Below, one piece after another: positions 27,977-39,463 of a stretch of 64,000 nt of DNA (positions within the stretch are counted from its first letter, which is position 1; the number at the start of each line of letters is the position of its first letter). The notes under the pieces are model-generated. The model saw only the letters and a list, made by a program, of their open reading frames with translations, ran no database searches and was not told the origin of the DNA. Position numbers and translations under genes: made by a program. Source of the stretch: a virus (lineage: Duplodnaviria > Caudoviricetes); the IMG/VR virus record IMGVR_UViG_2825252539_000001, positions 1 to 64,000 of that record, one strand, 5' to 3'.

Positions 27977-28665
27977 GCGACACTCTCGGGGACCGGATCA
28001 AACGCTACGAGCGGGCTTACAACCACACCCTCACCCCGCGCATGCCGGTCATCATCCGAGTGGATGGCAGGGCATTCCACACACTTACTCGCCACCTGAA
28101 CAAGCCGTTTGACCACACCCTCATGTCGGCCATGGTGAACGCGGCGATCGACGTCTCACGAGACATGCAGGGGTTCAAGCTCGGATATCACCAGTCCGAC
28201 GAGGTTTCGTTTCTGTTGACTGATTACGACCAACTCGACACTCAGGGCTGGTTTGGCTACGAGCTGAACAAGATCGTCTCGTTGACAGCGAGCCTGTTCA
28301 CCGCGCACTTCTACGCGAACTGTCCGGCCACTCTTCGTGAAAAGTTCGGCCGTGTCGCGACATTCGACGCGCGCGCATTCAATGTGCCGGCTGAAGATGT
28401 GCCCAACGTGTTCATCTGGCGGCAAAGAGATTGGGAGCGCAACTCGCTGCAGATGCTCGCTCACTTCTACTTCTCCCACAGCGAGCTTCAATGCAAGGGC
28501 CGGCGAGAGATGCACGACATGCTGCACGGCATCGGTATCAACTGGGCCGATCTGTCGAGCCGCGAAAAAAACGGCACCTGGATTCTGCACGACGGCGACG
28601 TCACCAGCGAGCGCTGGACCTACCCCGAAATCGAAGACGTCATTGCTGGAGCTATGGCGGCATGA
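27973..28665 (+). CDS. thg1: Thg1-like tRNA-His guanylyltransferase / 3'-5' polymerase
   Basis: IIRVDGRAFH, YHQSDEVS, FDARAF and WRQRDW.RNS motifs. Confidence 0.93.
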   Translation: MSDTLGDRIKRYERAYNHTLTPRMPVIIRVDGRAFHTLTRHLNKPFDHTLMSAMVNAAIDVSRDMQGFKLGYHQSDEVSFLLTDYDQLDTQGWFGYELNKIVSLTASLFTAHFYANCPATLREKFGRVATFDARAFNVPAEDVPNVFIWRQRDWERNSLQMLAHFYFSHSELQCKGRREMHDMLHGIGINWADLSSREKNGTWILHDGDVTSERWTYPEIEDVIAGAMAA

Positions 28666-28680
28666 CCCTAGGAGTTTCGA

Positions 28681-29619
28681 ATGACCACCCTGACATGCAT
28701 GCGGGGGATCAGCGGATCAGGTAAGAGCACCCGGGCACGCGAAATCGCCGATAGCACCGACGCTGTCGTGGTGAACCGTGACTATCTCCGAAAGCAACTC
28801 CTGGGGGAGTGGTTCACCGGAGAGAAGGTCGACGAAGACCGTGTCACCATCGCCGAGGACGCTCAGGTCCGCGCCCTTCTGAAATCCGGAGTGAACGTCG
28901 TTGTCGACGCAACTCACCTTCAGACCTCGTTCCTCAAGAAGTGGGCTCGGCTGGCATCTCGCCTCGGCGCGGACTTCGAGGTTGTCGACGTTGAAGCTGA
29001 CGTCGAGGAGTGCAAGCGCCGAGTGTACGAGCGCTGGTCGAACGCGATGGGCACCGATTCCGCCCGCTTCATCGAGGCGAATGTGATCGACCAGCAGGCG
29101 AAGCGATTCGCCAAGCGGCAACCGGTCGCGGCTGACCCGCCATTGACTATCAAGCCGGCGCCCGAGTGGGATGGACGACCCCTGGCCGTGCTCTATGACC
29201 TGGATGGCACCGCGGCCATCCATCAAGGGCGCAGCCCGTACGACTACACCCGGGTCAGGGAAGACGCACCCAACAATCACCTCTGCCACCTGCTGTGGGC
29301 GATCAAGGTCGCACATCCTGATGCGAAGTTTATTGCGTGCTCCGGCCGCGACGACACCTGTCGGGATGACTCGACCTGGTGGTTGGACAGATACGACTTC
29401 CCGCTGAACCAGCTCTTGATGCGCGACACCGAGGCGGATAAGGACAGTCACGGCAACAAACTTCGCGACGTCGAGGTGAAGTACCGGTTGTACAACGAAA
29501 ACATCCGGGATGTCTACGACGTCATGGCGGTGTTCGATGACCGGCTCCAGGTCGCCGAACTCTGGCACGAACTCGGCCTGCCGCTGTATCGCGTCGGCGA
29601 TCCGAATAGCGACTTCTAA
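28681..29619 (+). CDS. pnk: Polynucleotide 5'-kinase / 3'-phosphatase
   Basis: GISGSGKST P-loop, NRD, VVVDATH; HAD motifs DLDGT, SGR, FDDRLQV. Confidence 0.93.
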   Translation: MTTLTCMRGISGSGKSTRAREIADSTDAVVVNRDYLRKQLLGEWFTGEKVDEDRVTIAEDAQVRALLKSGVNVVVDATHLQTSFLKKWARLASRLGADFEVVDVEADVEECKRRVYERWSNAMGTDSARFIEANVIDQQAKRFAKRQPVAADPPLTIKPAPEWDGRPLAVLYDLDGTAAIHQGRSPYDYTRVREDAPNNHLCHLLWAIKVAHPDAKFIACSGRDDTCRDDSTWWLDRYDFPLNQLLMRDTEADKDSHGNKLRDVEVKYRLYNENIRDVYDVMAVFDDRLQVAELWHELGLPLYRVGDPNSDF

Positions 29620-29954
29620 TGCCGATGCCTGACGAAGAGGATTCGTTCAATGCTGAGGCAGTCCTTGACCGAATCCGCGAGAAGACCCCCGACGGCTGGG
29701 TATGGAAGCTCAAGGTCGACGAAGAATTCGGCCTCACCACTCTGCGGGTGATCCTCAAGCGCGATGTCTGGTACGGCAGCCTCGGCATGTGTTGGTCTGA
29801 CAGCTTCTCCGTCGACCACAAGCTCACCCCAGAGAAGTTCCGCAAGGGAGTGTTGGTGGCTGCACTGAGAGTGCTCGACAAGCGTGCCGAAACTTACGCC
29901 ATCTTGGCCGCGCCCGATTGGAAACAGCTCGCCAAAGAGATACAGGCAGAACTC

Positions 29955-30255
29955 AATGTCCAAGTACCGAAGTCGCCCTAATCAGAGGGCGCGACGGAAT
30001 CTGCGCTTCTGGGTCCTCAGGACGTATGGCGACGGTGCAGAGGTTCCCTGCTCAACCTGTGGCGTCATGCTGAACTGCGTGACGATGACGCTTGACCGAT
30101 ACCCCATCCCGGGCAAGTTCGGCGGCAAGTACAGGAGGGGCAATTGCCGACCGCAATGTCACTCCTGCAACGAGTCTCATGAATTCGAGCCATCAGGGAT
30201 CGCCGTAGGGTGCGACTTTTCGTACCAGCCCTTCGCGGGCGTACGGCCGGCGTGA
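29955..30255 (+). CDS. HNH endonuclease-like protein
   Basis: CSTC...DRYPIPG..GG.Y...NCRPQCHSCN. Confidence 0.7.
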
Positions 30256-30400
30256 TGTTGGTGACCTACAACTTCTGGATCATTGCCGATCGTATTCATG
30301 AGGGCGGTTTCATCGAGGGTGGCGAAAGGAATTTCCAACTGACAATGTCTCGTGAACGTGCGTTGCAGCTGTATTTGGAGCTGCGTCAGGAATTCGGCCG

Positions 30401-30892
30401 TTGAGTCGAGCCGCCAAGCGGCCCGACTACCGAAATCAAGACAAGGCGCACAAGCGCAAACCCTGCATTGACTGTGTCAAAGAGGGCATCACCACCCAGC
30501 GAAAGACCACCGACTCCAAGGGGAATCCCTACCCCGGGCCAAGGTGCGCGACGCACCATCGCCTGAAGCGGGCTCAACGCAAGAGCGTGACCCAAGAGCA
30601 ACGCTGGCTGCAGGTCTACGGCATCACCGCTGAAGAGTACTGGCTGATCTACGAAGAGCAAGACGGTCGTTGCGCCATATGCCGCAGGGCGACAGGCGCT
30701 TCGAAGATGCTCAGCGTCGACCACGACCACAAGTCAGGGGTAGTTCGAGGGCTTTTATGCCTCGGATGTAACCGGAACGTCTTGGGCCATGCCCGCGACG
30801 AGATCGAGTTCTTCGAACGAGCAATCGAGTATCTGAATGCGCCGCCGGCCGTACGCGCCATCGGTGTGCGAACGGTCCCCGAGGAGGGCTAG
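30401..30892 (+). CDS. Endonuclease VII (Holliday junction resolvase)
   Basis: YGIT.EEY....EEQDGRCAIC...LSVDHDH.SG.VRGLLC..CN..LG. Confidence 0.92.
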   Translation: MSRAAKRPDYRNQDKAHKRKPCIDCVKEGITTQRKTTDSKGNPYPGPRCATHHRLKRAQRKSVTQEQRWLQVYGITAEEYWLIYEEQDGRCAICRRATGASKMLSVDHDHKSGVVRGLLCLGCNRNVLGHARDEIEFFERAIEYLNAPPAVRAIGVRTVPEEG

Positions 30893-31132
30893 TTGTACTT
30901 CCACACGCCATCGCTTAAGGGTGCTTGCGCCGAACTCACACAAGAAGAGAGTGAAGTCTTCTTTCCTCCCCCCGAGGGGGGGTCAGGATGGAAGAAGGCT
31001 GTTGCCATCTGTGATACCTGCGAAATCAGGGAGAAGTGCCTGGAGTGGGGTCTGCAGCGTGAGAGCAAGGGAGATCGCTACGGGATCTTCGGTGGACTAA
31101 CGGCGCCTCAGCGTGAGAAGCGGTACGGGTGA
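30893..31132 (+). CDS. whiB: WhiB-family transcription factor
   Basis: C...FFP...AVAICDTCEIREKCL...GIFGGLT..QR. Confidence 0.9.
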   Translation: MYFHTPSLKGACAELTQEESEVFFPPPEGGSGWKKAVAICDTCEIREKCLEWGLQRESKGDRYGIFGGLTAPQREKRYG

Positions 31133-31361
31133 TGCGCCGGCTTCTGCGCCTGCTACTGAGTTGGCTCGTCGGCGATATCTACGTCGTCATGCACTTCGCT
31201 CGGGTGGTCACCGCCACCACGACGTTGCAGGGCGCCGAGGTGGCCCGGACCAAAGAGGCAGAACGAATCTTTAAGGCGCGCTTCGGCGAAGTTCCGCTCG
31301 ACAGTCGCGCACAGTACTTCTACAACCAGATGCGAATCGTCAACGTCGATCTGCAGGACAT

Positions 31362-32555
31362 ATGACAACACGTAAGAAGTGCAAACGGCCCAACTGCCCG
31401 AATGCGGCCGCCTCTCACGGCGGCGACGGTCTATGTAGTTCGCACTATATGCGACTCCTTCGTCAACGCCGGCCCGACGGATGCTTGGTCGATGCGCGGG
31501 AGGCGCAAGAGCACGTTGCACGGCTCCGTGACGGCGGCATGCCATACGCACGGATTGCGGGGCTAGCCGGACTCAGTAAGGACGGGTTACGGAAAATCTA
31601 TCTCGGTCGACGGACTCGCATTCAGCTCGATACCCATCGCCGCATTATGGCCGTGGAGCTATCGGGCCATTGCGATGACGCTGATCCCGCTCAGTTGATC
31701 CCATCCTTCGGCGCGGCACGTCGGGTTCAGGCTCTGTGCGCCATGGGCTTTACTCGGTCTTACTTGGCCGAGTTTATGGGTGTAACGGTTCACGTCCTTG
31801 CCAAGCTCGCCTACAGCGACATCTGCACAGACGGCCGCGGCCAGTTGGTTCAGGCGCGGACCGCTCAGGTTATCGAGGACGCGTTCGAAACGCTACAGAT
31901 GACGCCAGTCGACAGCCCGATTCTTCAATCGCGCATAGCGAAAAAGTGTCGCACGCAGGCCCTCAAGCGGGGCTGGGCACCCGCACTGTACTGGGATGAG
32001 TCCGGACTCGATGTTCCCCACGCGACTCCAGATTCGCCGGAAGCTATCGAGATTCTGCAGCCAACGCTCACCGTTGCTTGCAAGGATGGATGGCGCAAGG
32101 TTGGGGGAGGCTACGACCCCCGATTCGAAGTGTCGCGCGATGGCTACGTCCGTACGTTGCCATACGAAACGCAGTATCGAACATCCACCGGCAAGATCAC
32201 TACGCGGAAAGTGCCGGGGAAAGTACTTTCGATCGTCCGAACTTCCGGGAGACCCGTTGTTCTTCTCGGGACGGGCGGCGATACCAAGAACGAAGTGAAG
32301 CTTGATCGTCTAGTCGCCGGAGTGTTCCACGGGTATCCGTACGAGTCGAACGACCGCGCCGAGGCCTCCCGCTGGAGGGTTCGACACAGGGACGATGACA
32401 TCTGGAATTGCCACGCAGACAATCTGGAGTGGGTTCCAGCGGCCGGTTATCACGAGGATCAGTCCGCGTACGAAGCCAATCTAGCAGCGTGGGAGGCCGC
32501 AAAACAGGAGCCGGCATCGGACTGGTCGCGGCGACTATTCGGGGAGGTTGCATGA
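31362..32555 (+). CDS. HTH DNA-binding protein fused to a NUMOD4/HNH-like domain
   Basis: N-terminal Zn finger and HTH ([14 protein letters not shown]); C-terminal W..V.G....FEVS..G.VR and [16 protein letters not shown]. Confidence 0.7.
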   Translation: MTTRKKCKRPNCPNAAASHGGDGLCSSHYMRLLRQRRPDGCLVDAREAQEHVARLRDGGMPYARIAGLAGLSKDGLRKIYLGRRTRIQLDTHRRIMAVELSGHCDDADPAQLIPSFGAARRVQALCAMGFTRSYLAEFMGVTVHVLAKLAYSDICTDGRGQLVQARTAQVIEDAFETLQMTPVDSPILQSRIAKKCRTQALKRGWAPALYWDESGLDVPHATPDSPEAIEILQPTLTVACKDGWRKVGGGYDPRFEVSRDGYVRTLPYETQYRTSTGKITTRKVPGKVLSIVRTSGRPVVLLGTGGDTKNEVKLDRLVAGVFHGYPYESNDRAEASRWRVRHRDDDIWNCHADNLEWVPAAGYHEDQSAYEANLAAWEAAKQEPASDWSRRLFGEVA

Positions 32556-33352
32556 TTGAGACTCCGTATGAGGATCTCTTGCGGCGCGTGCTCGCCCAGG
32601 GCACGTCAAAGTCTGATCGAACCGGCACGGGTACCCGCAGCCTTTTTGGACAGCAACTACGGTACGACCTGGCTGCCGGGTTCCCCCTGCTGACTACGAA
32701 GCGGGTTCATTTCAAGTCCGTTGCCTACGAGTTGCTTTGGTTCCTTCGCGGTGACACGAACATCCGCTGGCTGCTGCAGAACGGCGTCACGATCTGGGAC
32801 GAGTGGGCTGACGAGATCGACGGCTACATCGGTCGGGTATACGGCGCCCAATGGCGCACCTGGACCAACCCCGGTGGGCCGGCGATCGACCAAATCTCTC
32901 TTGCTCTGAACACCCTGCGGAGCAACCCCGACTCGCGGCGAAACCTCGTCACCGCATGGAATCCCGCTGAGCTGCACGACGTCGGTCTGCCGCCCTGCCA
33001 CGTGATGTTCCAGTTGTATGTGGCAGACGGCAAGCTGAGTTTGCATGTCTACCAGCGGAGCTGCGACCTGTTCCTCGGTGTCCCGTTCAACATCGCGAGC
33101 TATGCGCTACTGACGCATATGTTCGCTCAACAGGCGGGGCTGGATGTCGGCGAGCTGGTCTGGACCGGCGGCGATTGCCACATCTACAACAACCACGTCG
33201 AGCAAGTCGCCGAGCAGTTGAGTCGCGAACCGCGGCCATACCCGGAACTCGTCCTGCACCAGCATGATTCGATCTTCGACTACGCATACGAGGACATCGA
33301 GATTCGCGGATACGATCCACACCCCGCAATCAAGGCGCCTGTCGCGGTATGA
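32552..33352 (+). CDS. thyA: Thymidylate synthase
   Basis: [53 protein letters not shown]. Confidence 0.98.
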   Translation: MIETPYEDLLRRVLAQGTSKSDRTGTGTRSLFGQQLRYDLAAGFPLLTTKRVHFKSVAYELLWFLRGDTNIRWLLQNGVTIWDEWADEIDGYIGRVYGAQWRTWTNPGGPAIDQISLALNTLRSNPDSRRNLVTAWNPAELHDVGLPPCHVMFQLYVADGKLSLHVYQRSCDLFLGVPFNIASYALLTHMFAQQAGLDVGELVWTGGDCHIYNNHVEQVAEQLSREPRPYPELVLHQHDSIFDYAYEDIEIRGYDPHPAIKAPVAV

Positions 33353-34919
33353 GAATCCTCTTCATTTTCGCATTCTTAAGCTATTTGCTTACCCCGGTGG
33401 CCCACGCTGAACCGGACAACGTCAGCAAGTCGCAAGTGTGGATTGATCCGCGGTGCGAGAACTACGCGTACACCCACGACATGCTCGCCGGCCAGTTGGA
33501 CCCGGGGGACGGGATCACTGTTCACGTCTTCTGGACGAGCCCGGGCTACGTCCAGTGGCAGTCGACAGACATCGTTGTCTTCGACGGTCGGTCGGATAAG
33601 TCCATCGCGGTCTACGCCGACCGCGACTGGCCCGACCAGAAGACAGCAGAAGCGCTCTTGGCAAAAACCGAATGGGGCTACGACCCTATAGAGCGGGCGC
33701 TGCAGTTGATTCACGACATTCACGCTTGGCAGGCAAGGAACCCGCGATGAGAACCGATCTCTGTAAGTACCAGCTTCAGCGAGTCTCTCCGGATGGCCGC
33801 CACGTCATCATCTACCACCGCGACGAGAAGAAGTCGTTCCGCTACACCTTCGGTGAGATCACTAGCTATGTCGCCAGTAGCCCCGTAAGTGATTGGGCGG
33901 ACTGGCCGAGTTTTGATCTCGGTGCAGAGACAATCGAGCAGATCCGCGTATTCATGGGCGCCTGGTGACGCCTCTGCTGCCGCGTGTGGGATCGCGACGG
34001 TGGATCGCGTGGAAGCTCGTCCAGCTGGCCTACAGGATCTTCGATGCCGACTACTACGAGCGGATCTACATCAGAGATGCCGATGGGCACCTCACGTTTG
34101 AGGCCATCATCTCTGCAGACCTGTATGGCGCTGGCGTGTCGTCTATCTATGGCGGTGTCGGCAGCTCACTAGGCGCCGGCTCGACGGTGCATTGGGACGA
34201 CGATTACAAGCCCGACTGGCTGGACGAAGAGTGACCGATATTGCCGAGGCGATTATCGCCGACAACCTCTACGAACATGAGTGGGATGCCGATGCGGTGT
34301 CCTGTCGATGTGGCTGGGTGCCCGATGGTGTTGATCATGTCGAACACCAGGCCAGTGAAGCCTTAACCATCCTGCGCAAGGCAGGATTCAGCTTGCGAAG
34401 GGTCTCATGAGCGATATCAAGACGACTCGGACGCTGACTATGGGCGGAATGAGTTGTAGCACAATGGATCTGAGCAACCTCCTGGCGGCAGTGCCGAAGG
34501 ACAATATCACTATGGTGCATTTCACCTTTCACTCTTCCGGCGGTGATCCGCGCGAGCGTGACCATTTAACAGCGCAGGTGACGTCATGATCCAGGGCGGC
34601 GAGCACAGCTGGGCGCTGGTCGGCGAACATTACTGGGGCCACCGTGAGACGGTCGTCTATTGGAGCCGGCAGGGCTACTTCATCCGCATGACCGGTTCTA
34701 CGCGTGAGGTAGTGAGTGACTGAGGCGAAAGCCCAGTACGCCGTCCGCGACGAATACGGCCTCGACGAATGGTCGTGCGGATGCCCGCGATTCTTCTCCT
34801 CCGTCGAGGAGCTACTCGACTGGGGCAACCTCGAACCAGAGGACACCATCGTTCGACGATACGTGACTGAAACCCCATGGGAGGTAGTCAGTGTCGCCTT
34901 ATCCCCGGGAGGGCAGTAG
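33349..34919 (+). CDS. Run of small hypothetical ORFs (33349-33750 has a signal peptide)
   Basis: Coupled co-oriented ORFs. Confidence 0.55.
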
Positions 34920-34921
34920 TC

Positions 34922-35602
34922 ATCGGGTGCGACATCCATATGTACGCCGAAGCCAAACGCAAGAGCGAATGGCTCACGGTAGGTTCGGTTTTCCCGGGTG
35001 AGTTCTATCGGGCCGATGAGCTGACCTACATGCACACCTACCCCGGTAGCCAGGCATGGGAGACGAACAAGCGCTGGTCGATGCATCCCTACGATGCGCG
35101 GAACTACAGCCTGTTCGCCGTCCTGGCGGACGTCCGCAACTCCCACGGGTTCACGCCGATCGATCAGCCGCGAGGAATTCCGGAAGATGTCAGCAAGTAC
35201 CTGAAAAGTGTTGTGGAAGACTGGGAGTACAGCGGACACAGCTTCAGCTGGCTCGGTCTCTCCGAGCTTGAGGAATACGACTGGGAGCAGCCGAACACTC
35301 ACTCGGGTGTTGTGACCGTTGACGGGTTCCGTGAATTCATGACGAACGGCCGGCCGAGCAGTTGGTCTCGGAGTGCGGCCGGCGGCAACATCGTGGTTGT
35401 CGACAACGATGAAATGCGCGCAATCGTCAACGGGGAAGTACCGAGGTTCGGCGGGACCAGCTACTACACGAGTATCACGTGGAACTGGCCCGTCAGTGAG
35501 TCAACCGGCGACTTCGTCAACGGGACGATCCCTCTACTCCGCGAGGTCCGCGACAAGAAGGACGTTGAGGATGTCCGCATCGTCTTTTGGTTCGACAGTT
35601 GA
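34922..35602 (+). CDS. Conserved phage protein of the GCDIH...RNYxLFxxLAxVRN family
   Basis: Motifs GCDIH, RNYSLFAVLADVRN, PRGIPED, HSFSWL, RIVFWFD; SD GGAGGG 8 nt before ATC 34922. Confidence 0.75.
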   Translation: MGCDIHMYAEAKRKSEWLTVGSVFPGEFYRADELTYMHTYPGSQAWETNKRWSMHPYDARNYSLFAVLADVRNSHGFTPIDQPRGIPEDVSKYLKSVVEDWEYSGHSFSWLGLSELEEYDWEQPNTHSGVVTVDGFREFMTNGRPSSWSRSAAGGNIVVVDNDEMRAIVNGEVPRFGGTSYYTSITWNWPVSESTGDFVNGTIPLLREVRDKKDVEDVRIVFWFDS

Positions 35603-36279
35603 TCGATGAGGATATCGAGCAGCATCGCTGCCGAGTCGGAATCCACTGTTGCGCAGGAACGCCTGAAGGTGCGGCCGTCACGTTACAGCCCAACACCATC
35701 TGCCATATATGTGTCATCAAATTACAGCATCAGCTTGACCAGCTAGCGGGCCGGCAGCCGATCAAAACTGGCGATACCGAGGCGACAGTCCAAAAGTTGT
35801 TGCGAGACAGCGTGCAACTCAGCCTTGTTCCACAGGGCGGGGGAGCGAAAGTCTCTACCGGTAAACGTGAGGCTCCGGTGCCGCTCAATCTACACGCGCT
35901 CGATGTCATTGACGAACTCGATCAAGTGCTAGATCTCGTGGGGGGCAGCACGATTGCCAACTTGATTCGCCAAGGGCCAGAACTGGTCACCGTGCGAATC
36001 AAGGGCAACCCCGAGCAGGGTTGGATCGACGGCGTCCACAAAGCCATGGCGGTCGGTGTCGTGTGGCGCAAGATCGATTCCATCATCGGCATCTCAATCG
36101 CGTGGGAACAGCGCCACGCAGCCTGCAACGGATGCGGCCGGCGAACCCTAGGCAGTTACGCGGGCGCGGACCACAACCACTACGCGTCGTGCTCCAACTG
36201 TGGAGCGACGTTCACCCGAGATGAATACGGCGCACTTTGCGACGCCGAACTCAAGAAGAAACAGAAACGGAATACATGA
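35599..36279 (+). CDS. Zn-finger-containing hypothetical protein
   Basis: N- and C-terminal CxxC clusters; PVPLNL motif. Confidence 0.6.
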   Translation: MIDEDIEQHRCRVGIHCCAGTPEGAAVTLQPNTICHICVIKLQHQLDQLAGRQPIKTGDTEATVQKLLRDSVQLSLVPQGGGAKVSTGKREAPVPLNLHALDVIDELDQVLDLVGGSTIANLIRQGPELVTVRIKGNPEQGWIDGVHKAMAVGVVWRKIDSIIGISIAWEQRHAACNGCGRRTLGSYAGADHNHYASCSNCGATFTRDEYGALCDAELKKKQKRNT

Positions 36280-36959
36280 GCCTTAGCAATCCCCGTACCA
36301 ACACCTCGCCCGTCCAGCGCTTCTTTGAGTTGAAGCTGTCGACTGGTGCGGTCACTTGGTACGACAAGGACGCGAAGAAAAACGTCGAACTCGACGTCCC
36401 TTTCAAGTTCGTTGTCCTCGACACCTTGTCGTTCGTCGGTGGTTTCAACGAGCCTGCGAAATCGGGCATCTGGAGCAATGAGGTTCGCTCCGTTCGCGAT
36501 GAGGTGTTGACTGTCCGGACCCGCAAGGGTGTTCTGGCTGAGGGTGTGTACTCGGATATCAAGGACACCATCAAGGCTGAAGGCGGCAAGTTCGGCAACA
36601 GCGTGTACATCGCCTTCCAGGAGGATGGCGAATGGAAGCTGGGCAACCTCAAGCTCATCGGTGCCGGGGTCAGCGCGTGGTTCGACTTCACCGACGGTAA
36701 GCATCTGGACCGCGATCCCGGCGCCGCGGTGACCGGGTGGATCGAGAAGAAGAAGGGCCGCAACGAGTACTTCGAGCCGGTCATTGAATCCTGGACGGTC
36801 GACGGTGCCGACCTGTCGGCAGCATCCGCGCTCGACGAGGCGCTGCAGGACTACTTGAAGTCTTCGCAGACCCGCAAGGACCCCACCCCCGAACCAGTCA
36901 CCTACACCGCGCCGCCGCAGCAGGCGTCGTTCACGGGCGATATGGAACCGCCTTTCTAA
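36276..36959 (+). CDS. Probable ssDNA-binding/annealing protein
   Basis: Strong codon bias, SNEVR motif, acidic tail ending EPPF, located in the replication module. Confidence 0.55.
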   Translation: MSLSNPRTNTSPVQRFFELKLSTGAVTWYDKDAKKNVELDVPFKFVVLDTLSFVGGFNEPAKSGIWSNEVRSVRDEVLTVRTRKGVLAEGVYSDIKDTIKAEGGKFGNSVYIAFQEDGEWKLGNLKLIGAGVSAWFDFTDGKHLDRDPGAAVTGWIEKKKGRNEYFEPVIESWTVDGADLSAASALDEALQDYLKSSQTRKDPTPEPVTYTAPPQQASFTGDMEPPF

Positions 36960-37562
36960 CAAGGAGAATCATGTACAAGTGCACTGAATGCGGCCGGAAG
37001 ATCGGCTACTTCCCCTTGAAGGATGGGAAGGGGAACGATCTTCGCGGCCCGAAGTGCCCGCGCACCGGGCGGTACAGCCTGCCGAACGTTAAGTGAAAGA
37101 CACCCCTTACCAGTATCGCGCCGAGGCGTATCGCGAGGGCGCCTTGTGGTTCACCTGTCCGGGCAGTACTTCCATTCAGCCATGGGAAGACGCCACGCCT
37201 AACGACTTTCAGATCGGCTTTCACGCTACTCCGACAGATGATCAAAGGATCGAGATGCCCATTGCCACCGACTTGATTGCACGCACCGAGCCGACGCCCT
37301 TCCGGGATCGCGCCCCGAATATGTCGGTTGGTCTGCCCGCGGTCAAGCTGACGTCCGAGAACGTCAGAACCATTGCCGCGCACATCATCAGGACAATCGG
37401 CGGGGTTGTTGAGGTGTGCGATAACGGCATTTCTATCGGCAGCACATATGACAACAGGTTCCTTCGCCTGGGCTCATGGGTGGTCGAGGACTACGACTAT
37501 GACGACGAGGTCATCGTCTACCGCATCGCCAGCCCAGACGAGCGGAAGAAGTACGACCTGAG

Positions 37563-38243
37563 GTGAGCCTGACGTACACAAAGTGCGCCGACCCAGCGTG
37601 CCCTGAGCCCCTGCTGCAGGTCACCTGGGTCGGACAGGTCACTCATCCGACCTGCCAGCAGACCGCCGAAGAGCTTCAACTGCGAGCTTTCGTCGATGCC
37701 GTCCAGCGCGGTGACCAGGCCGAGGCCGACAGGCTAGAACGGGAAGTCAATAACGCCGGCTCGATTCCATCACTCGGTGGCGTAGCGCTCTGGTACGCGT
37801 CGCAAGGGTGGCCGGTGTTTCTCCTAGCGCCGAACGGGAAACAGCCCCTCATCGCCAAGCGCGACGGTGGCAACGGATTGCACGACGCCACAACGGATCT
37901 CGATCAGGTCCGCGAATGGTGGGGGCAATACCCTGAGGCTAATGTCGGTCTGCCTACCGGGATCAAGTTCGACGTGATCGACATCGACGGCCCTGACGGT
38001 ATCAAGTCCCTGGCTGAACTCGGCGACGATGTCCTGCCCGAGATCCACGGGAAGGTGTCAACCCCGCGGGGGTTCCACCTGTACGTTTTGCCGACAGGGG
38101 ACGGCAACCGTGCCGGCGTGCGGCCGGGAATCGATTACCGAGGGGTAGGCGGGTACGTATGCGCCCCGCCGTCACAGATCGATTTCAAGCGGTACACCTG
38201 GGTCGTCAAACCGTCGCCGCAGATCCTCGGAGCCAATGGCTAA
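37563..38243 (+). CDS. Bifunctional DNA primase/polymerase (Prim-Pol) domain
   Basis: ALWYA..GWPVF.L.PNGK.P, G..DATTD, WW...P.ANVG, VIDID, TPRGFHLY, GIDYRG.GGYV.APPS. Confidence 0.93.
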   Translation: MSLTYTKCADPACPEPLLQVTWVGQVTHPTCQQTAEELQLRAFVDAVQRGDQAEADRLEREVNNAGSIPSLGGVALWYASQGWPVFLLAPNGKQPLIAKRDGGNGLHDATTDLDQVREWWGQYPEANVGLPTGIKFDVIDIDGPDGIKSLAELGDDVLPEIHGKVSTPRGFHLYVLPTGDGNRAGVRPGIDYRGVGGYVCAPPSQIDFKRYTWVVKPSPQILGANG

Positions 38244-39435
38244 GCGGGTTCATTGCGACAGCTGTGGTGACGAAATCGTCGCAACCACACGCCTGTTGAC
38301 CGTGAAGCGATATTCGGTTACCGACCCCGACAAGCTCGGCCCTTCTGTGGACTTCGACATCTGTCCACGATGCTTTGAGGAGATTATCGTGGGTAAGTTC
38401 CCGTATCGGTACAGATCGACGTGACCACGCTGCCAGATCCCAAGTTGTGCAAGTGCGGATACCTGGTGGAGTGGTTCGAGCCATGCGATCCCGCCAAAGA
38501 ACTGCCGTCCTGGTACCGCCTAGACTTCGAACTGAAGACCGACGTCGTCGAGCGGGAATGCCCACACCGAAACGGGACTGTCATCGAGCACTGCCCATGG
38601 TGTGACCGCCAGGTCGGCATATGGGGTTTCGGTCCGGCCGGCGGCATGGAGTGCAAGTGCTGGAACGACCCCTGGTGGAAGATCCTGTACTGGCGATTCC
38701 TGGGTCTCTTTGAGGGGTGGCGGAAGTGATCGAGTTCGGCGATATCGTTTACGAGCTTCTTGAGAAGGCCACATTGCAGGACGCCGAACGAAGAGAGGCG
38801 ATAGTCAGATCCGCTCTGACGCAACGGGTTTACGAAGCGCTCCTGCCGCATGTGGATATCCGCGAGCACTGCACCTGTGGCACTAGTGGAATCGACTATG
38901 TAGACCATATCGCCGACACCGCGGTACAGGCTTTCGTTGACTTTCTGCGAAATCCGTTTGGAGCCGAGACATCGTGAGCCGCATCCTCCAGATTGTCGAC
39001 GACGATCGACCCGTCCCAAAGGATGCGTGCTGGTGGTCACTTCTCCTGGAGCCCAACGAGGATGGGTATTTCTACGTTGAGCAGTTGCACGTACCCGACA
39101 ACTGGGACGGACGCCGGCCGTGGTCGTATTCCATCGAATACTTCGACGGTCGCAATGACTGGTCGTGGCCGTTCGACGTGAAAATCAAGCCCTCGGAGTT
39201 AAACGAGGCGTTGCAGGACGTCCTCCGGCCCGCGATCAGGAGCCAGCGCTACTTCCTCCGAGTGCTTGACGTGATACCACCCTCAATGGGGACGGGGTGG
39301 TTCCCACAGTGCAAATGCACGCTCGGCTGGACCCGCGAGCCCGACCCCAACTGCATACACCGTCAAGCTTCCTGCGGGACAGATCCGACAAGGGGATATT
39401 CAAACGGGCTTTCTCGACTCCATTGGGGACCGTAA
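38236..39435 (+). CDS. Four small hypothetical ORFs between Prim-Pol and helicase
   Basis: 38236-38424, 38421-38729, about 38726-38977, 38974-39435; coupled overlaps. Confidence 0.6.
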
Positions 39436-39463
39436 GCCGTCTCTTCCACCCTCTGGGCCGCGC

